From Rubripirellula sp. (GTDB lineage Bacteria; Planctomycetota; Planctomycetia; Pirellulales; Pirellulaceae), in assembly GCA_965216875.1 (NCBI GenBank), contig OZ244207.1, positions 7,648,001 to 7,712,000 on the forward strand: a stretch of 64,000 nucleotides of DNA, in the 5' to 3' direction. The notes under the pieces were generated by a model that saw only the letters and a list, made by a program, of their open reading frames with translations, made no database searches and was not told the origin of the DNA. The translations under genes were made by a program, and so were the position numbers. Shown in pieces: positions 60,170 through 64,000 of the stretch (positions are counted from its first letter, which is position 1; each line of letters opens with the position of its first letter).

Positions 60170-60985
60170 GTGGCTAGCCCAACGACGACCGAAGCACGCC
60201 GGGACCGGCTCAGGGAGCTGGTGCAGTCGCGTGGGTTTGCCTCGCTCGGCGAGCTGGCCGACTCGTTGGAGGTGAGCGAGTCGACGATTCGCCGCGATTT
60301 GGAGCAGCTCGAACAGTCGGGTGAAGCGCGGCGGACGCATGGTGGTGCCTTTTGGACGGGCGAGACCGCGACGATGCGGATCTTCGAAACCCGTCGAGAC
60401 GATGCTTGGCCGGCAAAGTCTGCCATCGGCACGGCCGCCGCATCGTTGGTCGAGGATCACGACACGATCCTTCTTGACGGCGGAAGCACGACCTATGAGA
60501 TCGCACGGCACTTGGTTGGCCGGCCGTTACAGGTCGTCACCAACAGCTTGCCGGTTGCCCACCTGCTTAGCAGCAGTGACACGATCGACTTGGTGATGAT
60601 CGGCGGCTGCGTACGAGGCCGAACGGCGGTGGCAATTGGGCCGATGGCCGATTCGATGCTTCGCACCATCAACGTCGGCAAAGCCTTTCTGTCGGTCGCC
60701 GGGATCACCGAACGCGGCTACTTCAACAGCGACATGATGCTCGTCGAAAGCGAGAAAGCGATGTTGGCCGCGGCCGACCAAGCGATTGTTGTTGCCGATA
60801 GCAGCAAGTTCGGAAAAGTCAGCCTCTCGCGATTGTGCGGGTTGCAAGAAGTAAATGCCGTCGTGACCGATGGCAGCATTGATTCACAGTGGAAAGAGTG
60901 GCTGGAAACGGCCGGGGTGCAACTAGTCTTGGCATCAGGTCTTTCCGGTCAAAGTGACGCTGGCAGCGTCGCATCCAACACGTAA
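60170..60985 (+). CDS. DeoR/GlpR family regulator of the PV microcompartment locus
   Basis: VSESTIRRDL, RTHGGA, LDGGSTT, VTNSL, DSSKFG. Confidence 0.95.
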   Translation: MASPTTTEARRDRLRELVQSRGFASLGELADSLEVSESTIRRDLEQLEQSGEARRTHGGAFWTGETATMRIFETRRDDAWPAKSAIGTAAASLVEDHDTILLDGGSTTYEIARHLVGRPLQVVTNSLPVAHLLSSSDTIDLVMIGGCVRGRTAVAIGPMADSMLRTINVGKAFLSVAGITERGYFNSDMMLVESEKAMLAAADQAIVVADSSKFGKVSLSRLCGLQEVNAVVTDGSIDSQWKEWLETAGVQLVLASGLSGQSDAGSVASNT

Positions 60986-61009
60986 AACGCATTCTTGGGA
61001 AACACATCG

Positions 61010-61774
61010 ATGAACCAGGCGGCGATTGATCGCAACCATATCGAACAACTTGTCCGAGCGGCCGTGCGCGGTTCGCTTGGCAGTTCCCTAGGTGGCCATG
61101 GGCATTCGCAGGGTGGCCAAAGTGCACCCGCAACCAGCAAACCTTCCGCCAATGATCCGCCAGGTTGGGTCGATGGCAAACCGAACTTGCGCGTCAGTAT
61201 TTCGGCGCGCCACTGTCACTTGACCGACGAACATGTGGAAACGTTGTTTGGTCCAGGTGCGGTTTTGGAACCGGACAAAGACCTTTACCAGGACGGTTTC
61301 TATGCAGCCAAGCAAACCGTGATGGTGGTTGGGCCGCGCCGTCGTATGCTGCCCAACGTACGCGTGCTTGGTCCGACTCGCGGCGCGAGCCAAGTCGAGT
61401 TGGCGCTCACTGATTCGATTTCGCTTGGCATCGACGCACCGATTCGCCACAGCGGCAAGATTGACGGAACGCCCGGATGCGTTTTGGTTGGACCGGCCGG
61501 AACGGTACAGCTTAACCAAGGTGTGATTCGCGCGGCCCGCCACGTTCACATGAATTTTGACGATGCCGATTTCTATGGTGTCGCCGACGGTGACATGATG
61601 CAGCTGAAGATCGTCAGTCATGACTGCAGCGTCACCTTCGAAGATGTTTTGGTTCGCGCGGACAAAGCGGCCAAGCTTGAAGTCCATATCGATACCGACG
61701 AAGGCAACGCCTGCAACTTGGAATCGGCGACCGAAGTGATCCTCAAAAAGAGCGGCTGTGCCTGCTCGAAGTAA
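61010..61774 (+). CDS. pduL: Phosphate propanoyltransferase with N-terminal encapsulation peptide
   Basis: SARHCHL, VRVLGP, QVEL..TD, RHVHM, HIDTDEGNA. Confidence 0.95.
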   Translation: MNQAAIDRNHIEQLVRAAVRGSLGSSLGGHGHSQGGQSAPATSKPSANDPPGWVDGKPNLRVSISARHCHLTDEHVETLFGPGAVLEPDKDLYQDGFYAAKQTVMVVGPRRRMLPNVRVLGPTRGASQVELALTDSISLGIDAPIRHSGKIDGTPGCVLVGPAGTVQLNQGVIRAARHVHMNFDDADFYGVADGDMMQLKIVSHDCSVTFEDVLVRADKAAKLEVHIDTDEGNACNLESATEVILKKSGCACSK

Positions 61775-61860
61775 CCATTCAATTTCTGTTTCGAAACTGA
61801 CGGCGAATCTCGATTCGCCAATCCAATTCCCTTCCCCTTTTCAGTAAAGGTGATTATTCG

Positions 61861-62151
61861 ATGGCAAAGATCAGCGAAGCGCTCGGCATGATCGAAACCA
61901 AGGGCTTCATCGCTCTGGTGGAAGCGTCCGACGCAATGATGAAAGCAGCGAACGTCCAGTTCTTGGGCTGGGACAAGGTCGGTAGCGGTCTTGTTAGCGC
62001 GTTTGTGACCGGCGATGTCGCCGCAGTCAAAGCAGCAACTGACGCCGGCGCGTCGGCTGCAGGTCGTGTTGGCGAAGTGGTAAGCGTTCAGGTCATTCCG
62101 CGACCTCACGAAGACCTTTCCAAAGTCCTCAAGACTCCTGCAAAGAAATAG
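61861..62151 (+). CDS. BMC hexamer shell protein (BMC-H)
   Basis: [29 protein letters not shown]. Confidence 0.97.
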   Translation: MAKISEALGMIETKGFIALVEASDAMMKAANVQFLGWDKVGSGLVSAFVTGDVAAVKAATDAGASAAGRVGEVVSVQVIPRPHEDLSKVLKTPAKK

Positions 62152-62214
62152 TTCGAAGCCTCAGGGCTTCGATTCAACAAACACAACCCATTCAATTCTG
62201 AAAAGAACAATCTC

Positions 62215-62484
62215 ATGAACGATGCAATCGGATTGATTGAAACCAAAGGTTTGCTCGCTCTCGTCGAAGCGACCGATGCGATGGCCAAAGCAGCCAACGT
62301 CCAAATCGTCAAGCGTGTGGACATCGGTGGTGGCTTGGTCACAACCGTCGTCAGCGGAGACGTTGGAAGCGTTCGCGCCGCAGTCGAAGCGGGTGCAACC
62401 GCAGCTTCGCAAGTCGGTGAACTGCTTAGCAGCCACATCATCCCACGACCTTCCGAAGGTCTGGCCAAAGCTTTTTTGGCGTAG
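62215..62484 (+). CDS. BMC hexamer shell protein (BMC-H)
   Basis: AIGLIETKG..DAMAKAANV..GDVGSV..IPRP. Confidence 0.97.
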   Translation: MNDAIGLIETKGLLALVEATDAMAKAANVQIVKRVDIGGGLVTTVVSGDVGSVRAAVEAGATAASQVGELLSSHIIPRPSEGLAKAFLA

Positions 62485-62606
62485 GGCCGACGTCTCAGGA
62501 GGCTCGCCCTGAATCATCAGCAGGCGAGATTCGCAGTAGCGACTTGGATGTCGGCGAGACGACTTCGTCAACCTTAACCCAGCAGCAATCACGAGCTGAC
62601 AATCAC

Positions 62607-63794
62607 GTGCTTGTCCTTGTAGTCAATCTCGGATCGACCAGCTTCAAGTATCGGTTGTTTGACATGACCGATGAACGTTGCCTCGCGCGCGGCGCGGTGG
62701 AACGCATCGGCGATGCAGAAAGCAACTGTACGGTCGAAATCGGCGATTGGAGCGACGAACAAGTGATGCCAGTGCCCGATCATGGCGTGGCGGTGGCAGC
62801 CTGTTTGAAGCAGCTGACCGATCCCGATCATGGCGTTTTGAAGGATGCGGCCGAAGTGGCGGCAATCGGATTCAAAGCCGTTCATGGCGGACGACTTTCG
62901 GGTGTGTACGTTGTTGATGACGAAGTGCTTGAAGCGATGGCGGAAATGAACGCGGCCGCGCCGGCCCATAACCCGCCTTACATCGCTGCGATGCGAACCT
63001 TGCGCGAGCGTTTTCCTGATTTGCCGCTCGTGGCTGCGTTTGAGACGGCGTTTCATCAAACGATCCCAGCCTCACGCCAGCAGTATGCGATCCCACGCAA
63101 ATGGGCTGATGGGTTGCACATTCGCAAGTACGGTTTTCATGGCGCGAGCCATCGTTACATCGCAACGCGAAGTGCAGAGCTTCTTGGCCGCGAAGACGCC
63201 AAAATCATCTCCTGTCATCTCGGTGGCAGCAGCTCTTTGACGGCGATCGATTCGGGCAAGAGCGTGATGACCACGATGGGGATGACACCGCAAACCGGTT
63301 TGCCACAGAACAACCGCGTTGGTGATTTTGATCCCTTTGCTTTGCCATTGATCATCGAAGCAACAGGTTTGTCACTAGACGACGTGTTGAAGGAACTTGC
63401 AAGTGGTGGCGGATTGCTAGGCATCAGCGATCGCAGCGGTGACGTGCGTGACCTCGAAGCCGGCGCAGCCGATGGAGATGCCGGTTCACAACTTGCCTTG
63501 GACGTGCTTGTCGAAGAAATACGGCGTCACCTTGGCGGCATGATTGTCGCTTTGGGCCGTGTCGACGCGATCGTCTTTACGGGAGGCATTGGCGAAAAGG
63601 GCGCTGCCATTCGAGCCGGTGTCTGTCGCGATCTTGAAGAGCTAGGCATCGTCGTGGATGCCGAAGCCAACGGCAACGTCAGCGGCGAAGCAACGTTTCA
63701 CGACAGCAGCAGTCGCACTCAGTTGATGGTGATTCCCACCAATGAAGAAGTGATCGTTGCCCGCCAAACCGTCGAACTCTTGGGGAAAGGCTAA
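62607..63794 (+). CDS. ackA: Acetate/propionate kinase (BMC-associated)
   Basis: NLGSTSFK, AHNP, FETAFH, YGFHGASH, HLGG, VFTGGIGE, TNEE. Start set at GTG 62607. Confidence 0.95.
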   Translation: MLVLVVNLGSTSFKYRLFDMTDERCLARGAVERIGDAESNCTVEIGDWSDEQVMPVPDHGVAVAACLKQLTDPDHGVLKDAAEVAAIGFKAVHGGRLSGVYVVDDEVLEAMAEMNAAAPAHNPPYIAAMRTLRERFPDLPLVAAFETAFHQTIPASRQQYAIPRKWADGLHIRKYGFHGASHRYIATRSAELLGREDAKIISCHLGGSSSLTAIDSGKSVMTTMGMTPQTGLPQNNRVGDFDPFALPLIIEATGLSLDDVLKELASGGGLLGISDRSGDVRDLEAGAADGDAGSQLALDVLVEEIRRHLGGMIVALGRVDAIVFTGGIGEKGAAIRAGVCRDLEELGIVVDAEANGNVSGEATFHDSSSRTQLMVIPTNEEVIVARQTVELLGKG

Positions 63795-63800
63795 CCAAAC

Positions 63801-64000
63801 ATGTTCATTGCACGTGTTACCGGATCGGTCGTCAGTACCCAGAAAGTGGGCTCGATGACCGGACACAAGTTGCTTGTTGTCGAACCCTATCGATTGGAAG
63901 GAGACAAGCGTGATTGCCTGGTCACGACCGGGCGCACCTTTATCGCCGTCGACACCCTCGGTGCAGGTGAAGACGACTACGTGCTGATCACGCAGGGAAG
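63801..64000 (+). CDS. BMC pentamer (EutN/CcmL family), truncated by window end
   Basis: MFIARVTGSVVSTQK...KLLVV...AVDTLGAG..VLITQGS. Confidence 0.93.
   Translation, partial: MFIARVTGSVVSTQKVGSMTGHKLLVVEPYRLEGDKRDCLVTTGRTFIAVDTLGAGEDDYVLITQG

Noticed and set aside
1..64000. tRNA, rRNA, IS transposase, integrase or prophage genes
   Set aside because: No recognisable motifs were found by eye.

Overview
A GC-rich bacterial chromosomal window, almost certainly from a Planctomycetota genome (Pirellulaceae-like). This is inferred from three DUF1501 + DUF1549/DUF1553 gene pairs, a DUF1559 prepilin-like protein, an ECF sigma/Ser-Thr kinase pair, Tat-exported Gfo/Idh/MocA enzymes, a sulfatase and the start of the Planctomycetes/Verrucomicrobia (PV) microcompartment operon (DeoR, PduL, 2x BMC-H, AckA, BMC-P). 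Housekeeping genes are pgk, glyA, cysE, rph, argF, argB, proC and a partial larE-like gene. I recognised no rRNA, tRNA, CRISPR array, transposase or prophage. The most unusual items are: (1) an ArgD homolog in the argB-argD-argF cluster that lacks the PLP Schiff-base lysine and carries a ~200-aa hyper-acidic N-terminal tail; (2) a pore-less voltage-sensor-domain membrane protein with a C-terminal coiled coil; (3) a redoxin/cytochrome c/PHM-like copper monooxygenase/EF-hand fusion; (4) more than 10 short palindromic REP-like repeat families forming mosaic and nested intergenic clusters; (5) a sulfatase with a non-canonical CHMSR motif; (6) unannotated small membrane ORFs. All family assignments are by motif recognition only; no searches were run.
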